Below, one piece after another: positions 37,535 through 49,780 of a DNA stretch of 51,522 nucleotides. The position numbers and the translations under genes were made by a program. The stretch is taken from positions 5,993,472-6,044,993 of the forward strand of contig NC_068997.1 in the NCBI RefSeq assembly GCF_001194135.2, given 5' to 3'. The notes beneath the pieces are model-generated. The model was not told where the DNA came from, ran no database searches, and worked only from the letters and a program-made list of their open reading frames with translations. Source of the DNA: Octopus bimaculoides. Its lineage: Eukaryota. The number at the start of each line of letters is the position of its first letter. Within the stretch, counting starts at the first letter, position 1.

Positions 37535-38020
37535 ATGGATGAAGAGAGCTTGTGTATGGTTAAGGAGAGCTGCATCAAGAAGTGCTGATTTCTAATTGAA
37601 GAGAGAACATGTGGAAGGGTAGACCTAGGAAGATATGGGATGAAGTGGTGAGAAAGTACCTTCAGCCATTGGTCTTTAGAGTGGGGATGACAAGGGCCCA
37701 AAACTTCTGGTAGTTTGTTGTGCTTGAGAATGCACATCAAGCTAAGTAAAAATGTGGTTGTCCTTGCATACAGGCATATCCCCTACATTTCTCTTCAGCT
37801 GAGCAATCCTAATCTTGTGAGCTCATGGGTGCTGGTTCCATGTAAAAGCACCCATGCTAGTGCTGCATAAAAGTACCCAGTACACTTTTGTAAAGTGGTT
37901 CACATGAGGAAAGGTATCCAGCCATAGAAACCATCCCAAAACAGACATGGAGCCTAGGCAGCTTTTCAGCTGGCCCCAGCTCCTGTCAAACCTTCCAACT
38001 CATGCCAGCATAGAAAACAG
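37535..38020 (+). mobile_element. 3' fragment of an RTE-like LINE
   Basis: Translates to CGRGRPRKIWDEVVR with stops, followed by a 3' UTR shared with local SINE-like repeats and an (ATG)n tail. Confidence 0.6.
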
Positions 38021-38151
38021 ATATTAAATGATGATAATGGTGACGATGATGATGATGAGGATATTCCTCACACATTTTGTTATAGATCATCTTAACCTCA
38101 TCTTATTAAAGGTGGATCTATGCAGGAATGCTTTGCTGCAATACTTAGGTA

Positions 38152-38189
<38 letters not shown>

Positions 38190-38191
<2 letters not shown>

Positions 38192-38600
38192 GTTTAACGT
38201 CCGCTTTCCATGCTAGCATGGGTTGGACGATTTGACTGAGGACTGGTGAAACCGGATGGCAACACCAGGCTCCAATCTGATTTGGCAGAGTTTCTACAGC
38301 TGGATGCCCTTCCTAACGCCAACTACTCAGGGAGTGTAGTGGGTGCTTTTACGTGTCACCCGCACGAAGGCCAGTCAGGCGGTACTGGCAACGGCCACGC
38401 TCAAAATGGTGTATTTTATGTGTCACCCGCACAAGAGCCAGTCCAGGGGCACTGGCAATGATCTCGCTCGAAAATCCTTACACATGTCACAGGCACAAGT
38501 GCCAGAAAGGCAACGCTGGGCACAGGTGCTATCCCGATTTCGCTTTTGCTTGCCCCAATAAGTCTTCGCAAGCTGAGTTTCGTGTCCAATGAAGGAGACA
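38190..38600 (+). mobile_element. Interspersed repeat family C (SINE or LINE 3' UTR derived)
   Basis: tttaacgtccgctttccatgctagcatggg...ctggatgcccttcctaacgccaac. Related copies lie at ~880-1030, 32190, 39640, 40300, 43385 and 48520. Confidence 0.7.
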
Positions 38601-39020
38601 AATTCAAATCCCTCTGAATCCCACTGTGCCTTTCCTCTTTCCTTGGGTCAGTAAAATAAATACCATTCAGGTGCTAAGTATCAATTTAAACCCCTGTACA
38701 CCCAGTGACTAAAATTTGAGGACTTGTGCCAATGTTAGAGAACATGGTTGTGAGCTGGCAGAATTGTTAGACAATTGGAAAAAAAATACCTTGTGGTATT
38801 TATTCCAGCTCTTTATATTCTGAGTTCAAATTCTGCCAAGGTCATTTGCTTTTCATCAAATAAAGCACCAGGTAAGTACTGGGTCGATGGTTTTGATTAA
38901 CCCCTTTTCTGAAAATGGCTGGTCTTGTGCCAAAATTAGGAACTATTTTATGAGTGAATGATTAAATAAATAACAAATCTAATTAGTTAATTAATTCCCT
39001 TAATTCTCTTTTTCATCCAG

Positions 39021-39161
39021 TTGTCTTCAGGCCCTGCTACTGAGAAAGATGCCCTGCAACCTGGCCGAGACTTGGTTGCCGGTGGATATGCCCTTTATGG
39101 CAGTGCTACTATGGTTGTTCTATCCACTGGTCAAGAGGTAAATGGATTCATGTTGGACCCT
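39021..39161 (+). CDS. FBP1: FBPase exon 4
   Basis: Acceptor ATCCAG|; encodes [47 protein letters not shown]; donor GTAAGT; 141 nt. Confidence 0.96.
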
Positions 39162-40489
39162 GTAAGTTTTATTTTTTTGTTTTCTATATTATTCCCTTTG
39201 AGGTTCTTCAAATGTCATGGGCACTGTACTTTCTTTGATGAGCTCATACACCTACAAAAATAAAGTTAATTATCTTTAAAGATCTACTATATTTGTTATG
39301 TAACAATTAATTTCATAAATATATTGTTAAGATGTTGCACAGTTTATCTCTCATCTTGAGTAAATCAACTGTGGAACATTATTGCAGCTTATAAAGTCAT
39401 TAGCAGTAACACAGTTAGTGACCTGCATTAGCTGTGTGGTTAAGAACCTTGCATCCCAATCATGTGGTTTTAGGTTCAGTCCCACTGTGTAGCAGCTGGG
39501 CAAGTTCTATTATAGCCTTGGGCTGACCAAAGCTTTGTGAGCAGATTTGGTCAATAAAAACTGAAAGAAGTTTGTCCTGTCTCTCTCTCTCTCTCTCTCT
39601 CTCACATACACACATGTATGTATGTACCCTTGTCTTGATATCATGTGGTAGTTGTAAATGATGATGAGAGTTGGCAACAGGAAGGGCATCTGGTTGTAGA
39701 AAGTTTGCCTCAATGAATTCCAACTTAACCATGCAAGCATGGAAAAGTGGCCATCGCAATGATGATGATTATGATAATATGTGTGTAAATACCCATCCAT
39801 ACACACACACACACACACACACTTTCTCTCTTTCTCTCTCTCTCTCGCTCTCTCTGTCTCACTGACTCAACGAACAAAATCTTTACAAGCATCCTCCAGT
39901 GAGAACACAACTAGTCTTCTTCTTTCGATCATGGCATATTCCAAGAAAACTTTATTTGCATCACCTCTTCCCCTCCAAACATAAACCAAGTATAAATTAA
40001 AACCCTTGGCTATCACTTATAATGCTACATCTCACCATCACCAATGATCCCTCTCAGTAAACACACATTCTCAATGTAGCAATGATTGTATCACAAAGAC
40101 TGTCATTCCTCTTTAGAGTTAGAAAATACTTTATCCCTCCCTTAACAACTATTAACACTCTCCAACAGAGGTCCTCGACTCTTTTGCACCATGGACTGGT
40201 TTCATGCAACGCTGGGGATCATGTGCATAACAAGACACAATAAAGTGCATAATATATAATTTAATTATTACATCATCATCGTCCTCATCATCATATAGCA
40301 TCCATTTTCCATACTGGCATGGATAAGACTGTTTGACTGGAACTGGTAAGGTGGAGAGCTGCACTGGGCTCCAGTCTATTTTGGCTTGGTTTCTATGGCT
40401 GTTTGCCCTTCCTCATGCCAACCTATATAATGCATATATATTACAGACACACACACATATATATATGTATATATCTCGTTCGTCGCCCT

Positions 40490-40766
40490 TTCAAAGCCTA
40501 GCCAGACTCATGGGCCCGGTTTCCATGGCGTATGTGTTCCCCCAGCTGGACGGGACGCCAGTCCATCGCAGCATTACTCAAGAAACAGGAAGAAAGAGTG
40601 AGAGAAAGTTGGGGCGAAAGAGTACAACAGGTGTCGCCACTACCCCCTGCCAGAGCCTCGTGGAGCTTAGGTGTTTTCACTCAATAAATACTCACAATGC
40701 CCGGTCTGGGAATCGAAACCGCAATCCTCCGACCGTGAGTCCGCTGTCCTAACCACTGGGCCATTG
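40490..40766 (-). mobile_element. SINE with a tRNA-like head
   Basis: The minus strand begins GGCCCAGTGGTTAGG...GGTTTCGATTCCCAGACCGGGC (A and B boxes) and continues into a non-tRNA body. Confidence 0.65.
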
Positions 40767-41432
40767 GCTGCCTGTTCAGGCACTCTAAACTCCCCTTCCC
40801 CTGTCACTCTTCCTTTTCTTCTTATTTTCCTTTCTCCTCTTCTTTTTCCCTTATCTTCCTTTCTCCTCTTCTTTTTCCCTTATCTTCCTAGCCTTCTCTT
40901 TTCCTTCCTCCCTTCTTCCTCTTCCACTGCCTCCTCTTTCTCTTTGTCTCTTTCCTCTTCCTCTCTTTGTCTCTCCTCTTCATCCCTCTTCTCTTCATCT
41001 CCCTCCTCCTCATCTTTCTCCACTTTGTCTCCCTCCTCTTCATCTCTTCTACTGCCATCGCCTTCCCTCTCCTTCCTCATACCATCCTCCATTCCTTTAC
41101 CCCCTCCCATTCCTCTCATCTCCCATGTTGTAACCACCCACCAAGGCTTGCCCTAAATCCTATATTCAGTCCTTCTTTCCCAGAATATTAAACCTATAGG
41201 ATTCTTCAATTACATATGTTTTTGCTGGAACTGTTGGTCTGCAATTTTTCAACAAGAACGTCGACTGGGTCAGTTTGTTTTGTCTCAAAATCACTTCAAA
41301 GGTGATGGGCAGAGCCTCTTCCTCCAAACTAAAATGAAAAAAAAAAGAAACAAAAAAAAAAATCAAGCAAACAAAGCTAACCTTTTGATGTTTCAGTTTT
41401 CTGTAAATTAACTTTGTTTTATGTTTTGGCAG

Positions 41433-41570
41433 TCAATTGGAGAATTTCTCCTAACTGAAAGGAATATGAAAATTAAGCCACGAGGAAAAATCTATTCCCT
41501 CAATGAAGGTTATGCTCAGTATTGGGACAAGGCTACCTCAGAGTATATAAAGAGCAAGAAGTATCCTAAG
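41433..41570 (+). CDS. FBP1: FBPase exon 5
   Basis: Acceptor TGGCAG|; encodes SIGEFLLTERNMKIKPRGKIYSLNEGYAQYWDKATSEYIKSKKYPK; donor GTAAGG; 138 nt. Confidence 0.96.
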
Positions 41571-43155
41571 GTAAGGTTTTTGCCATTTTGCTACTCTTCA
41601 AAGTATGAATAATTACAATGTGTAACACGATTTTTGTCCTTGGGTTGCTACTGTTATTTCCTGTTTGCTTACCCCTAGAAAATAAGAAAAATGACTAATA
41701 TTTCCTTCAGACTTTACTTTTGTTATTTAAATGCCAAAGACTCCTTCTCAGCACATGGCTATGATGCTCTAACATTACTCCTGCTCATGATCAGAGATGC
41801 ACATATTGTCAGCTACTAAGGAACATGCTCGGGTGGTTACAGTAAAGCAATTGATAAACAAATCTGTGGTCTTGAGTAGAATATTTGCTATACAGATATT
41901 TTCTGTTTCGGAAACTCAGTGCTGAATCTGTCTGAAATCTAATAGAAAATAGGTCTGTTTCAAAACATTGTTATCCTGATCTCAAAAGCAAAGTTTGAAG
42001 GGAATAGTAGTCATTTCCTTGGATTTCAAGAAAGAAGCAAATTGGAAATAACACTTCTTGACCAAAGACAAAAAAAAAAGTTTTGTTACACAGTGTAATT
42101 ATTAACAGGTAACTCTTTTGATACCAACACACCTGAGACTGTTCCTGGTTCTATGATACAAACTTCCTCTTTTAAAGTGGTCTAAATTAAAACTCTCCAT
42201 CAAAAGTTGATGTTAATTTATGTTCAAAACATCAGCTTAATAGTGACAGTTATTTTCCGAAATTCTCCTCTATTTTCAAAATTTAGTGAAACAAAGGCAG
42301 TGCAGTGCAACAGAATTATGATAATGAAAAAGTTCGTGTGTTAGAACTTTGAAGAATTTGTTCTATAAATTAGAGTATGTTATTTTCATCCTTTTAAATT
42401 TTTGAGTTCAAATCTAACTGGAGTTAACATTACCTTTAACCCTTTTGCATTCAAACTGGCCAGATCCAGCCTCTCACATTTATATTACAATGTCATTCTG
42501 AAAATAAATATCATTGAAATCTTGAAGCTACAAGATAATGCATGATTAATTCAAAACAATGTGAATAAATATGTATTACATTTAACAGAATAATCTGGAT
42601 GCTAAAGGGGTTAATCTTTTTTGGGGTAGATAAGATGATATACCACTCAAGTGCTGGGGTTGAATAAATTGACAACCCTGACTTGCTCGCCTTGTGTCAG
42701 AATTTGAAACCAATATTAAAAATACCAATTTATGGCTAAAAATGATGCGGAAGCTTGAACCATGTCCCTGCCACTTATTGGCTGATCATATTACTCATTT
42801 GGTACATTGATATTAGATATTATTGCTTAATAAATACAACTATAACAATTATGACAGCGACAATTTTGAGCAAGCCTATAAGAGACCCTCTATGTGGTTG
42901 CTTGGCTTGCTAAAAATAGCAGCAGTTCACTCTTGTAACCATACTATTTAAAAAGCAGAAGGGCTATGTTGGTAATGTAGTGTTGGATACACTATAGCTA
43001 GAAAAAGAAAAGAAAATGGAATGGTCATGGCTGGAATAGTGTTGATCATGGGACTGTTGTTGTTCAGTGACAATTGACCTAGAGTTAAAATAAAAATATG
43101 GATGCTTTTTGTTGATGTCTATTATGTTTAAGTTTTATTGAATTGTTTATGTCAG

Positions 43156-43272
43156 GAGGGAAAACCCTATGGTGCCCGCTACATTGGTTCCATGGTTGCT
43201 GATGTACACCGAACCTTGTGCTATGGAGGGATCTTCATGTACCCTGCCACATCACAGACTCCTAACGGAAAG
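43156..43272 (+). CDS. FBP1: FBPase exon 6
   Basis: Acceptor TGTCAG|; encodes [39 protein letters not shown]; donor GTTTGT; 117 nt. Confidence 0.96.
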
Positions 43273-43321
43273 GTTTGTTATAAGATTTTTTATTAAGCGT
43301 TGTTACTCACAAACATGCATG

Positions 43322-43371
<50 letters not shown>

Positions 43372-43597
43372 CACCATCATCATCGTTTAGCATTCGTTTT
43401 CCATACATGTATAGGTAAGACTGTTTGACTGGGATTGGTAAGATGGAGAACTGCGCCAGGCTCCAGTCTGTATTGGTTTGATTTCTATGACTGGATGCCC
43501 TTTCTAACTCCAACCACTCCACAGAGTGTACTAGGTGTCTTTTATATGTTACTGACATGGGTGTCTTTTACATGTCACTGGTACTGGTTCCTTTCAC

Positions 43598-43804
43598 ATG
43601 TCACTGGCACAGGGATTCAAGGGCTCACAGCTCTTCAGTATCCTCCCAAAGAGAGACCGACATTGTGCGGACATAGGTCTCTTCAAAGCTAAATTGGATC
43701 TTCTGCTGTCAAGAGCCCCAGATGAGCCAACACGGTGGGAAGCTGAACGAGGGCAGCAGCATCAATCTCCTTCATTCACCAAACGCCAACTATTAGGGGA
43801 TTAA
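43598..43804 (+). mobile_element. 3' fragment of a CR1/L2-like LINE in FBP intron 6
   Basis: GSQLFSILP...LFKAKLDLLLSRAPDEP resembles the CR1 ORF2 C-terminus. Confidence 0.6.
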
Positions 43805-44683
43805 TGAAGGTGAAGTAACACTAGTTTGCAGTGCACCAGCATGGACACAACCATTGCCCTGAAGCGAGTAAAAGAAAGTGTATGTTAAATGGTGTATATA
43901 TGTGAGTGCAGATATGTGTGTATGTATGTATGTATGTATATATATATATATATATAAAAACAAATATATATATGCATGTATGTTTATATATGTATATACA
44001 TGTGTGATTGTGTGTATGTTTACATTTGCACTTCCTTGACACCTAGCTACAAGCAGTGTTGTCATTTTCCCTGTCAACACATCATCACCTTGAGCCTTCG
44101 CAAACATGTGGAATAAGAGGCCTTTTTCTTGAAAGGCATGGAATAGTTCATGACACAAAGGGCATCTAACTATAAAATAATGTTTCTGTAATGTATTCAT
44201 CTAATCCATGATAGTATGGAAAAACAGATGTAAAAATAAACAAATGAATATATATTTTTTTCTTAAATTTACCTAATAGTAATGTTTGGTACCCTTCTAT
44301 CACCACCCTCTGAATTTCAGTCCCCAACTGTTTCAGCACTCCTTATCTCAGTACACCTGTTTAGGTACTTTCTGGTTGAGTACCCCAGATTCAGTACACC
44401 AATCTCATTTTAGTGTCCTTTATTATTTGTTAATTTACTAAATTCTTCATTATTTACAATATTAATTGAAACATTAAGAGCATATTTCAACAGAAATATG
44501 GTAACAAAACAGTTAATAATGATGAAGTTACTTTACTAAATTCTTTAAGATTTTCAAAATTAATTGAATCAAAGACAGTGTAATTCACAATATGATAACA
44601 AAAGAGCTATATACTCCTTGAAATAATGGACCAACCATTTATTTTCAAAGTGTTTTCTAAGTCCTTATTTCTTATCGTTCCAG

Positions 44684-44875
44684 CTCCGACTATTGTACGA
44701 GTGCAACCCCATGTCTTTTATCATTGAGAAAGCTGGTGGTTTAGCTACCACAGGAACCATGCCCATTCTTGATGTTGTTCCTACAAGCCTTCACCAAAGA
44801 GTTCCTATCTTTTTGGGATCGAAAGATGATGTTCAAGAGGTTATAGAACTCTACAAACTTCATGGAACTAATTAA
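44684..44875 (+). CDS. FBP1: FBPase exon 7 (terminal coding exon)
   Basis: Acceptor TTCCAG|; encodes [63 protein letters not shown] then TAA. The joined CDS is 1005 nt with 1a or 999 nt with 1b, both in frame. Confidence 0.97.
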   Translation, partial: LRLLYECNPMSFIIEKAGGLATTGTMPILDVVPTSLHQRVPIFLGSKDDVQEVIELYKLHGTN

Positions 44876-45014
44876 AAGAAATCCAGAGAAAAGAATAAAA
44901 CATTTTTGCTGTTTATTCAATTTTTTCAATTTCTTAACTGTTAAAGAATGAATTAAGGGGAATAATTATATGCAAATATGTGCACTGTTTTTGATTTTTT
45001 TTTGATGTCATTGT

Positions 45015-45020
45015 AATAAA
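45015..45020 (+). terminator. Probable FBP polyadenylation signal
   Basis: AATAAA about 140 nt after the stop, followed by a T/GT-rich tract. A second AATAAA lies at 44894-44899. Confidence 0.55.
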
Positions 45021-45309
45021 TATATTTTTTTTGTTTTGAATATTTCCAAACTGTGTTTTATTATTATTATTATAATTATTATTATTATAAGGCATTGAGC
45101 TGGTAGAATCATTAGCACACTGGGCAAAATGTTTAGCAGCATTTCATCCATCTTCACATTCTGGGTTCAAACTCCGCCAAAGTTGCCTTTGCCTTTCATT
45201 CTTTTAGGGTTGATAAAATAAGTACCAGTAAGTACTGGGGTTGATGTAATTGACTTAATCCCTTCCCCCAAATTTGAGGCCTTGTGCTTCCAGTAGAAAG
45301 GTTGACTGC

Positions 45310-46430
45310 CCCATATGCAAGCAACAGTAGATGCAGCGGCAGCAGAAAAAAGTGGTCCCTACATCATCAACAGTGAAACAGCCTCTGGCCATCGCCAGGC
45401 CACCACCAACACCAGCAACAGAGTCAACACCGGTGATGGCGTCACCATCACCACCACCAGCAGCAATGGGTGGGGCCCTGTGGGACACTCTAGACAAAGA
45501 CCCCCAAAACCTCTTCCTTCCTGACCTAAACAACTTGGACTGTTCGAGTACTGAGATCGAGATGGGTAGAGTGGCAGACAGTGCCCCCAAAAAGAAAAAG
45601 AAAATAATCTAGAGAGACATTGGATAAAGAGGGGAAGCACAATAAACAATCTGAACTTCCCAACAGCAACAACTCACACACACAACAAACAATACCACCA
45701 CCACCTTCACCAGTGCTACCACTTACAACACAGACTCCACAAGCACTACCAACCTCACAGCAAGAGACTCAAGCAAACACCATAAAAACGAACTTTCCAG
45801 AAGCTGTTGGGTCTTTTCAGAGAAGCCTCTCTAAACGACTCTACAAAAACCTTGTGGAAACATCCACACAAAACAAGAAGGGGGCCACCCCACCAAATAA
45901 CAGAGCTCTTCTCCGTCCTAAATATTTATTGTTTTTAGTATGGTCATGCTCAGAATCGGTAGTATAAATGTCAGGGTCCTCAGGTCACCTTGGAAACAAG
46001 GTCACCTATAAAACGACCTGAGGTCCTTCAGTGTAGATGTAGCAGCCATTAGTGAAACCAGGCTTTCTGACCTGTAGGACCTCATGACCCTTTTCGGTGA
46101 GTACGCGATCTTCCTATCTCTGTGTCAGCTGAGAGGTGGCGGTGGTGGTACTGTGGTGCTTTTCTGGAAAGGCTTGGATCTGAAAATAAAGGCAATCTTC
46201 CTGGATCCGGAGGGTAAGTTGGTGTTCCTAGATATGAGCAGCAGGGACAGCGGTGCCTTCAGACTGGTGGCTGCCTATGCTCCAACAGGGGAAGGACAGT
46301 CGGAATACTTCAAGCGCATGGAAGTTTTTCTGGCAATGTCTCACACTTTAGTACTAGTAAGGGATTGGAATGTTTAGATGAACGTTTCGATCATGTGGGA
46401 ATATCTGATAAGAGAATGGGGTGAAAAGCC
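45310..46430 (+). mobile_element. 5' fragment of a Tx1/L1-clade element (ORF1-like end and AP endonuclease start)
   Basis: INVRVL..., DVAAISETR, GGGGGTVVL, LDPEGKLVFLD, FRLVAAYAP and LVRDWNV are APE-domain motifs, interrupted by stops. Confidence 0.8.
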
Positions 46431-47443
46431 TCAAACCTTTAGATAGAGTTTTCTGTAGACCAGCGGATAGTGATAGTATAGGTTGTCTGTAGTTTCACAT
46501 AGTTGACTACACAGACCACAAATAGACGGATAGAAATTTGTTTATGTTAATATGCTTAAAAGCTAACATGATATAATTCTGTGGTGCTCAAAAATAATTT
46601 TGAAATTTGAATACAAATATGAACATGAAAAAAGAAAAAATGGACGACAAAAAAATTAAATTTTTTTAATTAATTTTTTTATTTAAGTTTTTAGATAAAA
46701 TATTTACATAGATTTTGCTGTAAAAATATCTTATTACTGTATTCTATCGTTGTAAATTTGTATAATGGTAGTATTAGATTAGGTTTAGTTTCTGATATTC
46801 TACCATTTATGCATTCATTTCAAGAGAATTAAGAAAAATTTGTTTTTAAATATGCAGTTATTTTTATGTGATCAAGGCAATTTTGTTTTGTTTTGTGGTA
46901 GTATTGTGTCACTGAATGCTGGGTATTTGGATGTGTGTGTGACACTTTTCTGACAATCACATTTATTTAATTCTCTCTAAGCCTTCATTTTGATGTGGCT
47001 CGATTTTAAGAACTGGGTCAGTGTAAAGGTAAATTTACAAGAATCAAAAAGAGGAAAAAAAAAGGATGTCTTTTTTTCTATATTCTTCCAATATACAGAA
47101 GACATAGCATGTGAAAGGTGTCAAGTGACTTGACAAGTCTATGATAGTGACAACAGTGAGTTAAACTACCACCCTGTCATCCAAAATATCTTAAGTAGTC
47201 TAAAAGAAGCAAAAATAAAACAAACTAACATTGTGCTGCCTGTAGTATCAAATGAGTAGCAAATAGCAAGTATGAAATATGTGTCAAGAAAAAGAAGAAA
47301 AAACAAGAACAAAAGCATTTAAAAAAGCTACAAAAAAAACAAACTAACTAAAATGTAAAATAAACTATTAAAAACTGAAGAGATTTAAAGAGTGAGAAGA
47401 AAAAATGGTTACAAAGGAAATTATTGCAATATTATATATAAAA

Positions 47444-47652
47444 TTAGTTTGTTACACGAGGAATCTTGAAATCAACAATTCCCATAGATTTTTGTGGCAC
47501 TTCTCCATTGTAGTCTTTCTCAGTGCGCTTGCGTCGAACTAAGTAGATGAGTACACCACACAGAATGAGAAGAACTAAAACCACAGCTCCTAGACATGTG
47601 ATCATGGTGATGAACTCGTTTTTGGCCAGACAGTCTTCAGGTGGAGTCATAG
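47444..47652 (-). CDS. Terminal coding exon of a type I membrane protein (TM helix plus short cytoplasmic tail), probably ZP-domain-type
   Basis: Acceptor TTTTTTCCAG|CT, phase 1; encodes MTPPEDCLAKNEFITMITCLGAVVLVLLILCGVLIYLVRRKRTEKDYNGEVPQKSMGIVDFKIPRVTN then stop. Hydrophobic helix followed by an RRKR stop-transfer motif. Confidence 0.8.
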
Positions 47653-49129
47653 CTGGAAAAAAAGAATTCAAAAACAAAAAACAATAATTGCTTAGATGTT
47701 GGTACAAGGCCAGCAATTTCAAGAAGAATGAAGTTAGATGATTACATTGGTACTGCAGTACTTGACTGGTACTTTATTTTATCGATTACAAAGGATGAAA
47801 GTCAAATTTGACTCCAGCAGAATTTGAACTCGAAATGTCATACCATAAAGAATTTACCAGCATTCAAATGATTCTACCTACTTGCCCTCTTAATAATAAC
47901 AGCAATAATAATAATAAGCCTTTCTACCACGGGCACAAGGCCAGTAATTTTGGGAGAGGGGCTAAGTCAATTACATTGATGCCAGTGCTTAACCGGCACT
48001 TATTTTATTGACCCTGAAGGATGAAAGACAAGGTTGACTTCAGTGGAATTTGAACTCAGAATGTAAGGACAGATGAAATACCGCTAAGCACTTTGTCCAG
48101 CTTACTAATGATTCTGCCAGCTCACCACCTTAGCAGCAGCAACAACAACAACAACAACAACAACAATAATAATAATAATGGCTTCAAATTTAGGCTCAAT
48201 GCCAGTAATTTTAGGGGAATGATTAAGTCGATTACATTGATCCCAGTAATTCACTAGTACATTATTTTATTGACCCCTAAAAGGATAAAAGGCAAAGACG
48301 ACCCAGGCAGGATTTGAACTTACAAAGTAAAGAGTCAGATGAAATACTGTAATGTAATGCTCTAACAATTTTGCCAGCTCACCACCATTCTAATAAATTT
48401 TCAAAAATAGGTAGAGAACCACACATCATTTAAGTTACAGAAGAGTATTTTGTTGTTATTATTTTCACATCTAGGATGCTTTTTAAGAACTAGTGGAACC
48501 TGTTAAATTACCATATAGGGAGCTGCACCAAGTTCTGATCTGATTTGGCAAGGTTTCTATGACTGAATGCCCTCCCTAATGCCAACCACTCTGAGAGTGT
48601 AGTGGCATCGGCATCAGCCGTAACTATGGTCTCACTTGGCTTGACAGGTCTACACAAGCACGGTATAACACCAAAGGTCTTGGTCACCTGTCACTGCTTA
48701 CATGAGGCCCAACGCTTGAACAGTGCGTTTTACATGCCACTGGCATCAGCCATGACTATGGTTTCAACATATATATATATATATATATATATANNNNNNN
48801 NNNNNNNNNNNNNNNNNNNNNNNNNNNNNNNNNNNNNNNNNNNNNNNNNNNNNNNNNNNNNNNNNNNNNNNNNNNNNNNNNNNNNNNNNNNNNNNNNNNN
48901 NNNNNNNNNNNNNNNNNNNNNNNNNNNNNNNNNNNNNNNNNNNNNNNNNNNNNNNNNNNNNNNNNNNNNNNNNNNNNNNNNNNNNNNNNNATTATATATG
49001 TAGATATATTATTAACCACACATATTCAGTGTATGTGTTTTGCTTGTTCGCTGGTGTGCTGTGGTATAGGGAAGTGGGGAGTCCTTGATAATGTTTATGA
49101 TACTAACGCTGCTTTTAATTCATAATTGA

Positions 49130-49163
<34 letters not shown>

Positions 49164-49329
49164 ATTCAATTGAACCGTTTCTTGCTGACAATCCACCTGG
49201 AAGATTTGCTGACAAGAATATAAATAAAACATAAAAAACAGACAGTGTTGGAACTCTTTTAAACAAAATAATATATTCCTCTATACACAATCATACAAAG
49301 CCCCTTTTTTTGTATTTATTTTTATTCGC

Positions 49330-49361
<32 letters not shown>

Positions 49362-49629
49362 TTATATGTTATATGGGTGTGTGTTTGTCCTCACCATGCT
49401 GTTCTTGACAACTGATGTTGGTTTGTTTACTTCACCGTAATTTAATAGTTTGGCAAAAGAGACTTATAGAATAAGAAGCAGGCTTAAAAAAATACATACT
49501 AAGATTGATTTGTCTGGCTAAACACATCAAGATAGTGCCCCAGCATGATTGCAGTCCATTGACCAAAAGAAGTAAAAGTTAAAAGGTAAAGAAGATTTAA
49601 AATCAGAGAAAAACAAATGGTTAACTTAC

Positions 49630-49780
49630 TCGACATATTTTGAATACTCAGTTCCCTGACATAAAGAGTTTTTGAGAGAGTTTTCTGTTCTTTTCCATCA
49701 GTCACTTCTATAGCACCACTGACACCGCCCACATCTCTGCGTTTACGACCAAAAGCATTGCTGTTATCTCTACAAGACAA
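49630..49780 (-). CDS. Penultimate exon of the minus-strand membrane protein, with furin site RKRR
   Basis: Long polypyrimidine tract and CAACAG|; encodes LSCRDNSNAFGRKRRDVGGVSGAIEVTDGKEQKTLSKTLYVRELSIQNMS; phase-1 donor A|GTAAGT joins the 47652 exon in frame. Cys, furin site, hydrophobic patch and TM in this order is the usual ZP-protein C-terminus. Confidence 0.78.

Noticed and set aside
40700-40766. tRNA gene
   Set aside because: A/B boxes are present, but I could not fold a convincing cloverleaf and the sequence runs on into a SINE body.
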